NCBI RefSeq assembly: GCF_009914755.1
Contig: NC_060936.1
DNA: 64,000 bases
From: the human T2T-CHM13v2.0 reference genome, Homo sapiens
Direction: 5' to 3' (one strand)
Positions 25,995 to 38,576 of this stretch are shown here, in pieces; the stretch's first letter is position 1; each line of letters starts with the position of its first letter. Below the pieces are notes generated by a model. The model did not search any database and was not told where the DNA came from. It saw only the letters and a program-made list of their open reading frames with translations. A program made the position numbers and the translations under genes.

Positions 25995-26130
25995 CTCTGC
26001 CACCTACTCTCTGTGGGATCTGAATAAAGAGACTTAACCTTTCCTGCCTCAGTTTCCCCATATGTAAAATGGGACAATAAGAGGCTCTGCCTCTAAGCCT
26101 TGCTGCAGGGATTAAGGGAGCGATGCGTGG
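25995..26130. mobile_element. MIR SINE fragment
   Basis: MIR core: acttaacctttcctgcctcagtttccccatatgtaaaatgggacaataa. Confidence 0.7.
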
Positions 26131-26918
26131 TCTGCAGCCAGCCCCCTGCAGCCAGGCCCCTGCAGCCAGCCCCCTGCAGCCAGCCGCCTGCAGCCAGTGG
26201 TTCTTCAGTGGCCCCAGGGAAAGGCCAGGCACTGTGGAGACGCTTCCCAGCCACACTCGCTGAGCCGCGCCGGGATAGGGTCTCTCCACCCAAGCTCCTT
26301 TTAGGAAAGTGGTTCCTGGGAAGATGGATAAGACCCAGCGTCCACCGGGGTCTGCGTTCTAAGTGGTACGCTTGTGAGGGCTGTTGCACGTGAACAATTC
26401 CCTGTGATACATTCCGCAGGCACCGGGGAAGCTCCAGGCTGGGCGTGGAGCCTCAGAGACTGTGGGCAGGGCTCGTGAGGGGCAGGCGAGGGGCCAGGAG
26501 GCCTCCTTCGCATTCGAGCTTCTCAGCCACGTGTGCAGGGGTGGGCTGGGTGTGGGAGTGTGTGTGTCACTGGTGTCAAAGCCTCCTCACTTTTTTTGGG
26601 AAAGAAATGGGATATAAATACATGTGTAAATATCTATATAAAATTCACATTCTCTAATTCAGGAGGCAGAGAGCTGTGTGCCTTCAAACCAGAGTATCTA
26701 TAAACTGGGTTTCTATCAGTGAGGGTATAGAGCAAATGCCGGCTCTGTCAAGGTTCATCCCGATGTCGTTCTCTGTGACGTAAAAACAAAGCTGGGACTG
26801 GCCACTTCTGCCAGACTTTATCTTGGCAGACAGGTTTCCTACAGCAGCGGCCACCTACACCTGGGGGGAGGCAGCAGGATGCTGAACCCTCAAAAGGAGA
26901 GCAAGAGCCCCCACTGTG

Positions 26919-27466
26919 CAGCAAGCCCAGGCCTGGGGGTCCCCGATCCCACAGAGGAGGAATCAGCTCCACTACAGCAAGCCCAGGCCTGGGGGTCCCA
27001 CATCCCACAGAGGAGGAATCAGCTCCACTACAGCAAGGCCAGGCCTGGGGGTCCCCGATCCCACAGAGGAGGAATCAGCTCCACTACAGCAAGCCCAGGC
27101 CTGGGGTCCCACATCCCACAGAGGAGGAATCAGCTCCACTGCAGCAAGGCCAGGCCTGGGGGTCCCCGATCCCACAGAGGAGGAATCAGCTCCACTGCAG
27201 CAAGCCCAGGCCTGGGGGTCCCTGATCCCACAGAGGAGGAATCAGCTCCACTACAGCAAGGCCAGGCCTGGGGGTCCCCGATCCCACAGAGGAGGAATCA
27301 GCTCCACTACAGCAAGCCCAGGCCTGGGGGTCCCTGATCCCACAGAAGAGGAATCAGCTCCACTGCAGCAAGGCCAGGCCTGGGGTCCCACATCCCACAG
27401 AGGGGGAATCAGCTCCACTACAGCAAGGCCAGGCCTGGGGTCCCACATCCCACAGAGGGGGAATCC
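26919..27466. repeat. 56 bp minisatellite, ~10 near-identical copies
   Basis: cagcaagcccaggcctgggggtccccgatcccacagaggaggaatcagctccacta at 26919, 26975 and onward. Confidence 0.97.
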
Positions 27467-27535
27467 AATGGGACCCCTGCAGCTCTAAGAACAGAAAACC
27501 CAATTCAGATGTGCTTAAAGAAAAAACTAAAAATA

Positions 27536-27617
27536 CGTGTGTGCGCGTGTGTGCGTGTGTGTGCGTGTGTGCGTGCATGCGTGTGTGTGCGTGTGCATGT
27601 GTGTGTGCACGCATGTG
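27536..27617. repeat. (GT/GC)n alternating purine-pyrimidine microsatellite
   Basis: cgtgtgtgcgcgtgtgtgcgtgtgtg... Confidence 0.85.
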
Positions 27618-29206
27618 GTAATTTATTGCAAAGTCAAGTGGGTCTGTTTTGGGAACAGCTGGATCTAGGTGTTCAGACACTGGCCCCTTCTTGGGTTTCG
27701 TGAGGGACCCTGGAAGCTCCAAGCTCTCCCCTCTTGATGATAAGGTTGCTGCAGCTCCCCCAGCTCCCAGCCTTGGTTTCATCTTGTGGGAAAAGGCTGC
27801 CTGTTTTTTTCTCGATGGCCCGCTGGTAATTCCAGAATTCACTCTGACTGGACTGGCTTAAACCACCTGACCAGCCCTGAGCCAACCCCTAGGTCTGGGG
27901 TGACCTTCACGCTCTGACTGGTTTAGACCTGGGCGGCGGGATCTGCAGCTGGGCTGAAATGGATCAGAGCGGGGGGTGTGGACTTCCATCTGGAGCCGGG
28001 ACAGGACCTCAGGAGGCAAATGACGACCGTCTGTGACACGCAGGCCCACGTCTGTGCTAGAAAAGCCACCCCTTGATATGGGGCGAGGATGGGACCCGAG
28101 AGACCCTCGCCCCACCCTGCACTGGCTCAGCAGCCGGGTCCAGACTCCCAGGCCTCTGGAAAACGAACCTCGGGGGGACGCAGAGGGTCACACAGGGCTT
28201 CACCCCCAGCTCGGGTTCAGTCCTGACTCAGAGACGACCCGGCCCCCACGACTGGACCCCACAACGCACAGGGCCCCCGCCGGCCAACAAGACCAAGGTC
28301 ACGCACAGCGGTGCTGGGATCCTCCAGAGGACTCCACAGGGGACCGAGGGCCTGCAGGGATTCGAAAACCAGTGCCGGACGCAGCCTTCCTCCCTTACAG
28401 CAAGAGCTAGGAGATAAAACAGGCAGGCCGGGAGAGCAGGGCCCGGGTCGCCCCTTCCTCACGGCTGGAAGCCTCCCAGGTGACGGGAGGAATGATGGGG
28501 ACGGGGCGGGGTACTTGGAGACCTTCCTCTGTCAGATGGCTCTGATGTTTCCACTGTTGCTGTGAGCAGGAAAGGGTTAACTTGGCAGCTGGCTCCTCCA
28601 CACCCTGAGCGTCCACATCCGGCCCCTCCTTGCCCCGGAACCTCCTGCCGGAGAGGACAGCCCTGCTCACCTGGCCTTGGCAGCCCCAGCTGGTCTGTGC
28701 AATGGTGGGATTCACGGTGGGCACTTGGCCTCACGGCATCAGCCTGACCTCTGGAGGGTGGAGACCAAGGTCAGCCATGTCCACGAGACCAGCCCAGTGA
28801 GGACCATGGTCACCGAGGCTCGGGGGCTCCTGGCTGGCCTCGCTTGGCACGTGTTGTCACACATGGGTGCCGGAGAATCAAGTCCATGGGACCCCCCCCC
28901 CAGGAGGGGACACCTGGGAGCTCGCACCTGGCCTCTCCTGGGCCCTGCCTGGGCATCTCTTCCCTCTGCTGACTTTAACCCATGTCCTCTGCTGTGAGAA
29001 CCCACAGCAGGGAAAAGCAGCCTGTCTGGGCTCTGTCTGTCCTTCTAGCAAGTTGTGGACCGTCAAGGTGGTCTCGGGGGTCTTCCTGCCACACAGCTGC
29101 CTGGAGGCTCACAGCCAAGAACGGTGCTCACTCCAGCAGTGGGGCTAGCCCTGAGAGCAAACAGATTTCACCCCCAAATTCAGGACACACAGGAGCGTTC
29201 AAAAAC

Positions 29207-29468
29207 CACACACACACGTGCACACATGCACACACACGCATGCACACACGCACACATGCACACACGCACATGCACGCACACCCACGCACATGCACGCACA
29301 CGCACGTATACACACACACGCACACCCACGCATGTGTGTGCACACGTGCACACACAGACTCCTGTGCACACATGCACACATGCGCACACACCCGCACACA
29401 TGCAGGTGCACACGCACACACCCACACCCACCCACACACAACGCGCGCGCACGCACACACACACACAC
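29207..29468. repeat. CA/CACG-rich simple repeat
   Basis: Low-complexity tract. Confidence 0.85.
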
Positions 29469-30961
29469 CGTGCACCCTCAGTGCACAGGCTGGCTAACAC
29501 ACACGAGCCGCTTTCCAAACCGAAGTCATTCCAGCCCCATGCCTGTAGCTGGCGCCACATGAAAACACCACTGTGTTCTTATTTATGGAGCATGTTTCTT
29601 TAAACTGGCCTATTTTAAAACTAAATGCATTTTTTATTTGAAAGGGAATCTTCATTTCACCGCTGCAAATGGAAAGCTGGCATCACTTGTGTTAAATCAT
29701 GGTAACCATGAAAATAAGTAGAATGAAAATAAAATAATGTTGTCACACTCTGGATGTGGCTGAGGTGTCCAAGCCTCCATGCCCAGGCCTCAGCCCTGTT
29801 TGTCTAAAGGACTCGGGGAAACCCCCTCCAGGAGGAATCAGAGCCTCGGGAGCTGGGCACGCCTCACTCGCACTGCCGTGCTGTCTAAGGAAGCTTCATC
29901 ACACCTAGAATCAGTCCCCAGCACGCATTTGTGGGAAGGGTGTGAAGTGGGCCCCACCTGGCTAGAACAGGGAGCTCCGGGTTCCTGCACCAACCTCTAC
30001 GCAGCCCGGGGCGCTCCCTGCACCCCTGGACCCTGCGGGCCTGTCCAGCATCTCGCCTCCCTCTGTCCACACATGGGGAACCCCAGAGCAGGTGAGTGAA
30101 CGCCCTGGGAACCACTGCCTGAGTCACAAGGAATGGAATGGGGCTGAGACACGCCTTTCCTCCTCCCCTCTCTTCCCTGCCAGCCTCCTGATCCCCATCT
30201 CAAATGAGCTCCTGGCCCAAGAATCCCGGTGTCAGGGTTCCCTGGCGGGTGGGGCAGGCTGACCACACCAGGAGCTGCAGAGGGGGCTGCCCTCCTGCCT
30301 GCCCTCCCTCAGGCAGCTCCAGGAGGAGGCAAGTGTGGCTGAGGCCACCTGCCACCACCCCACGGTGAAACGCGGCCCCACTGGGCAGCCCTGAGCGCCC
30401 GGCTTCTGCAGGACAATGCCACCAGGGGCCCTCCCAGGGAGCATCCTGTCGCGGGCTGGGCTCTGCGGACAGAGACGCAGGAGGGGCTGGCCAAGCCTGC
30501 CAGTCGCTCCCAGGCCCAGAGGCCAAGCTCAGCCAAACTTTATCCGAGCAACGATGCCAATTAATCTGGCGCTTGTCGCGGCTACTCCCTCAGGGCAGGT
30601 GTGAGGGTCAGCGACCAAGCTCCATCCTGAGTGGCACTGAGGCAAAGCCGTGGCGGCCAGGGCCCGGCTCCTGATTCACCCGCTCTTGCAGCCTGGGGGC
30701 GACAGGATGGGAGGTGCGCAGGCCACGGATGGAACGGGAATGCCCTTCGCTTCAGACACAAGCGACACCCAGCTCAGCAGTGACTGAGGCCACAGCAGGT
30801 GGGACCAGGGCTGGCAGGGCCTGACACAGGGCGCCTCTGCTGCGTGAGCCATGGTGCCTCAGCCCAGCTTCCGCGATCCCCAGATGCAGCTATGGCAGGA
30901 GTGCCCCAAGCCTGGGGCTAGGCCCTGGGAAGGATGCCCGCAGCCAAAAGTAGGGGAGGGG

Positions 30962-31080
30962 GAGAGACACAGAGAGATAGAGAAAGACAGAGAGAGATAC
31001 AGAGAGATTGAGAGAAGGAGAGAGGGAGAGACAGAGAGAGACAGGAGAGACAGAGGAGGAGAGACAGGGAAGACAGAGGA
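30962..31080. repeat. GA-rich simple repeat
   Basis: gagagacacagagagatagagaaagacagagag... Confidence 0.8.
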
Positions 31081-31169
31081 GGCAGGAGGGCCCCACAGGT
31101 GGGGGCTCCTGACTGCTCCACTTTCCCACAGCAGACCTTTGCGCGTTTCTCCCAGGAGCCCGCAGCTCG

Positions 31170-31386
31170 TGGGGGCAGTCCCCGGCCAGCACGGGGGAGC
31201 GCTCACTTTCCCGGCCAGCGTGGGGGGCGGTCACTTCCCCGGCGGGCGTGGGGGGCGGTCACTTCCCTGGCGGGCGTGGGGGCCGCTCACTTCCCCGGCC
31301 GGCGTGGGGGGCAGTCACTTCCCTGGCCAGTGTGGGGGGCGGTCACTTCCTCGGCGGGCGTCGGGGGATGGGGGGCAGTCACTCAC
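31170..31386. repeat. 28 bp minisatellite abutting the exon 2 donor, ~7 copies
   Basis: tcactt at 31203, 31231, 31259, 31287, 31315 and 31343 (period 28). Confidence 0.92.
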
Positions 31387-31390
31387 TCAC

Positions 31391-31571
31391 TTTCTGGGCC
31401 GGTAGTCGGGGATGCTCCGATCGAGGGAGATGCGGTCGCTGAGCTGAGCGTTGTAGCCGTACTCCTCATACTTGCCTTCCGCCTCCTGGCCGTCATCACG
31501 CAGGGTGGCCGCCAAGCCACCCTGGCCCAGACCTCCTGGCCCCTCCACCAGGCCGATGGGCTTGGCAAGGC
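31391..31571 (-). CDS. GALNT9: GALNT9 coding exon (exon 2, 181 bp): GLAKPIGLVEGPGGLGQGGLAATLRDDGQEAEGKYEEYGYNAQLSDRISLDRSIPDYRPRK
   Basis: Acceptor ttcccccag|GC and donor AGAAA|gtgagt. The peptide carries the ppGalNAc-T motif YNAQLSDRISLDRSIPDYR and matches GALNT9 as I recall it (GALNT17 differs). It ends in phase 2 and joins the next exon in frame. Confidence 0.96.
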
Positions 31572-31812
31572 CTGGGGGAAAGGAAGAGAGGGAGGTCAGG
31601 CAGGCCCAGGACACGCTGCGTCTGCACCCAGGAGACGCCCCTCCCGCCCCTCTCCCCGACGGCCGCTTCCCCCGGTACAAGCCCAGCAAACTCCCTGCAG
31701 ATGGCAGGCTGCCAGCTCAGGACATTCCAGAAAGTGCAAGGCTGTGCGCGGAGTGAGAGGGCGGTGCCAGGCGGAAGAGGGAGGGATGAATGGGTGGTAC
31801 ATGAGGCGTTGA

Positions 31813-32144
<332 letters not shown>

Positions 32145-32207
32145 ATACTTGTTCTTACGCAATTGTCCAAACGCACAGCAGGTGTGACACTGAGTGAGCG
32201 CCCCCCC

Positions 32208-32372
32208 GCCCCCGTGAGCCACAGCCCTCAGTGAGTCACCTGCATCGGGCAGCATCGGCTCATCGACGGTGACACAGTCACACTCACGCACGCCAGCCCC
32301 CCGTGAGCCACGGCCCTCAGTGAGTCTCCTGCATCGGGCAGCATTGGCTCATCGACAGTGACACAGTCACAC
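32208..32372. repeat. 89 bp tandem duplication (2 copies) within an L1M 3'-end-like fragment
   Basis: ccgtgagccac at 32212 and 32301. Confidence 0.85.
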
Positions 32373-33721
32373 ACGTTCACGCCCAGGCGCTGTGCCTGCG
32401 GGGCAGAGGATGCGGGAACTCCGCTCAGTCTCTATCAACCCGAAACTGCTCTGATGGTCAGGCCTACTAATGTTAAAAATATTAACCCGAAAATTGCAAC
32501 GGCTCTAAGATTAGGTATTTTAAACGCCATGCCACCGCCACCATCCCCACCAGCCCTTGACACCATCCGCCTGTGTAACTTGAGCTGAACACACATCCAC
32601 ATGCGTGCTGCTACTCTGGGGTAGGAAGAACCGAGCCGTCGACACAGGCAGCAGCCGAGACGTGGCTCACACACGTGACGCCAAGCCAAAGATCAACACA
32701 GGAGACCTCATCCCGTGTGGCCGCCGGCGTGAGGTTCAAGAACAGACGGAATCACAACCCACCCCATGGCCATCGGGGCAGGACGGGGACCCCGGGGTGG
32801 GGCAGTGTCGACTGGAAAGGAGCCGGTGGAACTTCTGGGCTGACAGGGAGGCTCCGCAGCTTGGTCAGGGTGTGTGGAATGGGTGCCCAAGGGGGCCGGG
32901 CCAGGGAAAGTTCTAGGTGCTCAGTTGTGCTGGGCAAGCAGACGCGGCTTGGAGATGCTGTTCCCAGGGGGACGGGAGTGAGAGGGGTGTCTCCCCACAA
33001 AGATGGCACCATTGGCTGTCTCTGAGCTGGGAGTCTCTGGGGCATCTTGGATTTGGGGGCGGGTGCCTGGGCAATAGTTTTAAGCCAGAAAGAGGCGGCA
33101 TGGACCCCTGAGGCTGGGCTGCCTTTTGTCAGCTTGCACAGAGAGGTCTCTGGTCCTCGGAGGAAGGCCAGTGGAAACACAAACTTGTGAAATACCCGAT
33201 GCTAATATCCCACAACTGCCCGCCTGGGAGGGGACCTTCTCTCGCGGCGCCAGCTCCTGGAGCCTGGTGGGATCTCTGTAGGATTCCTGCTATGGGGAGG
33301 GAGGGACCGATGCCCTGGGAAGATTCCAGTCTGTGACCCTCCGCCCCCCACAGGGCAGTGAGTGGCTTTCTCCCCTCAGCAGAGCCGAGGCTTTGAGCCT
33401 CCCGGAACCTCTGGACTTTCTGGAATATTCCATTTTAAATGAGTAAACAAAGTGTCCGTATTTATGTAGGACTGAAGGATACAGATTGGACGTAGAATTG
33501 AAAAATGACACAAATCACTTCCCCTTCTTATTTTAATCCTGTGAGATAAATACGTAATCATGCTATTTTAAAATATCGATATTGCACTTGCATTTTTCAC
33601 TTTGGAAAGTCTGGAATTGGATGTCTCCCAGAGGCAGGCACAGCAGCTTCTAACTCGAGAGAGAGAGACACCTCATCATCCGTGGGGCTCAGGCCTCAGG
33701 TGGGGATTGGCCGCCTGGCCA

Positions 33722-34110
33722 GAGGGTAGCTGAGCGTGGTTCCAGATGGCTGCCTGATGCCCAGCGTTGGGGGCAGGAGGGTGGCTGAGCGTGGTTCCGG
33801 ACGGCTGCCCGATGCCCGGCATTGGACCCGGCAGGAGGGTGGCTGAGCGTCGTTCTGGACGGCTGCCCGATGCCCAGCATTGGGGGCAGGAGGGTGGCTG
33901 AGCGTGGTTCTGGACGGCTGCCCGATGCCCAGCGTTGGAACCGGCAGGAGGGTGGCTGAGCGTGGTTTCGGACGGCTGCCCGATGCCCGGCGTTGGACCC
34001 GGCAGGAGGGTGGCTGAGCGTGGTTTCGGACGGCTGCCTGATGCCCAGCGTTGGACCCGGCAGGAGGGTGGCTGAGCATGGTTCCAGATGGCTGCCCAAT
34101 GCCCGGCGTT
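33722..34110. repeat. 55/58 bp minisatellite, ~6.7 copies
   Basis: ggcaggagggtggctgagcgtggttccggacggctgcccgatgcccggcattggacc repeated. Confidence 0.95.
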
Positions 34111-35664
34111 CTGAGGTCAGCAGGACCCTCTTTCTTATTCAGACTGGCATTTTGTTTCTGCCTGTCTCTGGAAACTGATTTTTTTTGTTGTTGGGATCCT
34201 AGATTTGGTCAGGGCATATCTTGCCGTGAATCACAGTCATGCGTGGCAATCCACACTCATGCCAACGTTCAGCTCCAGGAAGTTTGCTCTGTTAATGATG
34301 TGACTGTATTCCCATCTGCCATCCCTGTTTTCTCTTCTGTAACCCCTGTTAAGTGAACGTTTCCCCTCCCGGTTTATCTCCTGCCTCCCAACGCTTCATT
34401 CTCCGTTTTCATTCTCTTGGTTTTCATCTCATCGGCTTGATCTTTTGTCGTGCCATGTTGCCAACTAGCCTGTCCATTGAATTGGTTTTGTTGTCATATA
34501 TTTAATCCCAAAAGAGGCTTCTTGCTCTCCAGTCGCCCCTGCCTTGCATGAATGGCAAACTGGTTTTACTTTATGTGGTTGGCAGTAGCCCCAAAGCTGT
34601 CCACACCCTAATCCCTGGAACCGGTGAGTGTCACGTTACACAGCTAAGGGGACTTGGCAGACGCCCCCTGCTTTGCCTGAATCTGCTTCATTGGCCAGAA
34701 GGAGTGGAGGAGCTGGGCCTTCACTGTGGTCACCCGTCACTTGCATGGGGGTTAGGGGACACCCCAGCCACGCTGCTGCTCACAGCTTCCTTGCGGAGGA
34801 AGTGAGGGTTGCCAGGCCTCTGAATGAGTGTGTTTTGAAGAGAGACGCTGCCATTCCCATCCTCCCTCCACCCGGGGCTCCATGCCTCCCCTCACTGCTG
34901 CGTCTGTGCTTAAGAGAACCAAGCAGCCCCTGGTCCAGACGCTGCTGCCCACTGAGCTGCCTGACTTCTCCTGGCTGAGGGTCCTCCTTGGTCACAGGCG
35001 GGTCACCACTGAGTCCCCGTCCCAGGACTGTGCAGATGGTGGAGATGGAGCTCAGGGGTCCTGAGCCCAGCACTGGGCGTGCACTGGGGGTGAAGGAACT
35101 TTTGCTGCCTCAGATCCGATCTTCTTCCTTGGCTGGTGGAGTCAGTGCTGTCACCGTCCCATAGCTGCTGAGAGAAGCTGCTCGGGGGACACCAGTGCCA
35201 GCAGCACCCACGTTCCTGGCCATGGTGCTTCACTGCTCTCTGCAGTGGCTTCATCAGGGGTGCCAATTTCCCACCTCCCTGACTCAGGGCTTGGTCTCTG
35301 AGCTGCCTGTGGAAAGAGGGCCCAAGCGATGATGTCCCTGTTCCCAGCCTGGACCTTGCAGAGCCAGGTGCCTGCCCCGTCTGCCCTCACCACACACAGA
35401 GCCCCCATCATGACTGCCCAGCCTGGGCCCTAGGACAGGCCTCGCCATGCAGAGCGGACCGGCCAAGCCACGGACCCTCAGTGAGAGGCGGCCCCACCCC
35501 TGCGGCACCATGGGAGTAAGCGAGGCCGTCCCAACGCGCTGTGTCTTGGGGTGATGGGCACGGAGCCATTGCCACCCAACAGGCTGTTCTCTGTGCTGTC
35601 CTCTGCCCAGTCCAGGAATAGACAGCACAGGAGGAGGAAGCAGAGGCAGAAACAGCCACAAGCT

Positions 35665-36231
35665 CATGTCCACAGCACCCACATCCAGAGCACCCACGTC
35701 CACACCACCCACATCCACAGCGCCCACATCCACAGCACCCACAACCACAGCACCCACAACCACAGTGCCCACGTCCACACCACCCACATCCACAGCGCCC
35801 ACGTCCACAGCGCCCACATCCTCAGCACCCACAACCACAGCACCCACGTCCACATCACCCACGTCCATAGCACCCACATCCACAGCACCCACATCCACAG
35901 CACCCACAACCACAGCACCCATGTCCACAGCACCCACGTCCACAGCACCCACGTCCACAGCGCCCACGTCCACAGCACCCACAACCACAGCGCCCACGTC
36001 CACATCACCCACATCCACAGCACCCACGTCCACAGCACCCACAACCACAGCGCCCACGCCCACACCACCCACATCCACAGCACCCACGTCCACACCACCG
36101 ACATCCACAGCACCCACAACCACAGCGCCCACGTCCACACCGCCCACATCCACACCACCCACATCCACAGCACCCAGGTCCACACCGCCCACATCCATGG
36201 CGCACACATCCACAGCACCCACGTCCACACC
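35665..36231. repeat. 15 bp minisatellite CCACAGCACCCACAT, ~38 copies (reads STAPT on +)
   Basis: Constant 15 bp period with no indels. Confidence 0.97.
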
Positions 36232-37855
36232 TGTGCTGGCACCCCTGGAGACCAGACGCGCTCAGTCCTTTCCTCCCCCCTGCTTCCCCATCCCCTCCTG
36301 TCCCCACACCCTCAGTTGTCCATTCAGCAGCCAGTGTGAGCTTGTAGAGGGTTCCAGAGCCGCTCCCCTGCTGGGAGCCATGGGCCCCAATCCTGCTGCA
36401 CTTGCGGTTCCGGCTCCTCACGGCAGCCGTGGCCCCCCCAGCCCCTGCAGCCCTCGTGGGTCGCATCCTCACTCGCAGTATGCCAGCCACGCTCCTGCTT
36501 CCTGCCCCGGGGCCTTGGCTCCTGCCCTCACTCGGACCTCAGCTCTGGGTTGCACCCTGGAGACCTCCCAGGTTCTAACCTGAAGCCATTCCCGGTGACG
36601 GCACCTCAGTCCCTGCCTCATTTTCCTCCCAGAACTCAGAACTCATCACCATCTAAAATCATCCCCTCCGCTACGCTCTCTGCTTCCCCTCAACGTGCAA
36701 GAGACAGGACTTTGTCCTGCCTTCCTGCCATCTACCCCAGCGCCTCATGTGTTCACAGCATGTACCTGGAGAGCCGCCCGAGGTGGGTGAATGGATCCCT
36801 TCCAAGCGGGTGCCAGGGCACTGCCTCCCCCCATCCCACAGGAGAGGCGGGATCTCCCTCCCCATCCCCGCAATGAAGAGACAGAGATGCCGAGCCACAG
36901 ACAAGCCCACCCAAGGCTTCACGGGCTCTGCTGGGCCGGACCCGAGTCTCTGACTCCCTCGAGGGCCCTGCTGTAAGGTCCTGGTCTCCACACAAAACGG
37001 AGCAGAGCCAGGCAGCACCATCCTGGTCCTGGCTGGGCCCAACCCCCTGGCCCCGGCATTCACCCTACAACACTGCGCAGAATGTGGGAAGAGCCTTGTC
37101 TTTGAAGGAAAGTCTCGAGGCCCCACTGAAGCCGGACACCAGGCTCCACTGCCTCCTGGGCCAGAGCTACAGCATCCAGCAGGGCGGGGCGTGCGAAGGA
37201 GGCACTGCTTGCTCTGAGGGAGTGGGTGTGAGTCCAGAGAAAAGGGAAGGGAAGGAGGGTGGGGAGAGGGTGGAGTCGGTGAGACGGGAAGTCTGGACCA
37301 CCGTTGTTCGGTGGAATCCATGGGACACTCATGAGAGCTGTGCGGAGGACGCCGCCTCGCATGTGCAGGGCTTTCACGGAAAATACTAGAAAGAGAGACT
37401 TTCCCACCAGGAGGAGAGTCTGAGATGGCACAGGCAGAGGGAGGGTCCAGAACGCACATCCCTAGGAATTCCGCACACTTGAAGGGGTATTTGGGGTTTC
37501 AGCTCTGTTCACCAGGTGTGGGAGTGGCGGGGCCAGGGCTGCCATAATCAGGGGGCATTGAGCCTCACCCCACAGTGGGGCCGAGCCGGCCAGGCCTCAA
37601 CCTTTAGTTGCTGACTTGTGGGGACGCAAGGGGACTGAGTGGGGGGGCTCAGGCAGCTGGGAGGCTGCAGGGAAGGGGCCTCCAGGCAGCATTCACTTGA
37701 CGCTTCCCAGGGAAATACAGTCAGTTCTTGTCATTTGCAGTGGTTTTGGCTCTAGAGACACCGTGGATGCTGAATGGTGGCTGCTGAGCACTTGCTCCAG
37801 GGGGAACTCTGGGCTCCGGGGAGCCTCTGGCCACAGGCTTTCCCCAGCCCCTCAA

Positions 37856-38576
37856 TAGGTAACTTGGTTTTCCATGTGTTTCTGCATAAAGATGCCTTAT
37901 TTAATACCTATTGACGATTCTTAGAGCCAACAGCTCCATGACCCATGCTGGAGCCAAGCTTCTCCACACACGCATTTCCTGCGAGGCGTATGTCAGACAC
38001 TTGTGCCCTGGGTACCGACAGCACCTCAGCCTGTGGTTGGTGTGTTCTAAACATTGAAATCACCAAAGCACAAAAAGCACAAAAATGTAGACAACGTGCC
38101 ACTTAAGCAGTAGTAGGGACCCTGTGTACAGTCGGAGCTGGATGGAGAAGGCAGGGGACCCCCTGCACATTCAGAGCCAGAACGAGAAGCTGGGGGACCC
38201 TGTATACAGCCAGGGCCAGAACGAGAAGCCAGGTGAGCCCGTATACAGTCAGGGGCAGAACGAGAAGCCGGGGGGTCCCGTATACAGTCAGGGCCAGAAC
38301 GAGAAGCCGGGGGATCCCGTGTAGAGTCAGGGCCAGAACGAGAAGCTGGGGGATCCCGTATACAGTCGGGGCCAGAAGGAGAAGCCAGGGGACCCCATCT
38401 ACAGTCGGAGCTGGAACGAGAAGTGGAGCCTGGCCCTGTTTGACCAAAGATCTTGCCCCTCCGAGCCTATCTGTGAATGGCCGTGGAAGACCACGAGCAT
38501 TTGGGGATTACAGATGAATTTTAGGGAGTAGGAACATTTGCAAACACAGAATCTGTGAATGATGTGGCTGACAGTA
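37856..38576 (-). mobile_element. Tigger4 (Zombi)-like TcMar DNA transposon fragment with an internal VNTR
   Basis: aaagcacaaaaatgtagacaacgtgccact and ttggggattacagatgaattttagggagtagg...tttgcaaacacagaatctgtgaatgatg resemble the Tigger4 terminus. Confidence 0.65.
38115..38424. repeat. 39 bp minisatellite, ~8 copies
   Basis: gtatacagtcagggccagaacgagaagccgggggatccc. Confidence 0.9.

Larger units (their letters stand above)
20530..26045 (+). ncRNA. Putative antisense lncRNA within GALNT9 intron 2 (probably LOC100130238 / GALNT9 antisense); exon structure not determined
   Basis: Seen: paired LTR CCAAT boxes just upstream and AATAAA at 26023-26028. Recalled but unverified: an opposite-strand lncRNA is annotated at about this distance from exon 2. 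Confidence 0.4.

Noticed and set aside
26919-27466. Regularly spaced repeats superficially like a CRISPR array (also the other VNTRs)
   Set aside because: No unique spacers, no cas genes, and a primate genomic context.
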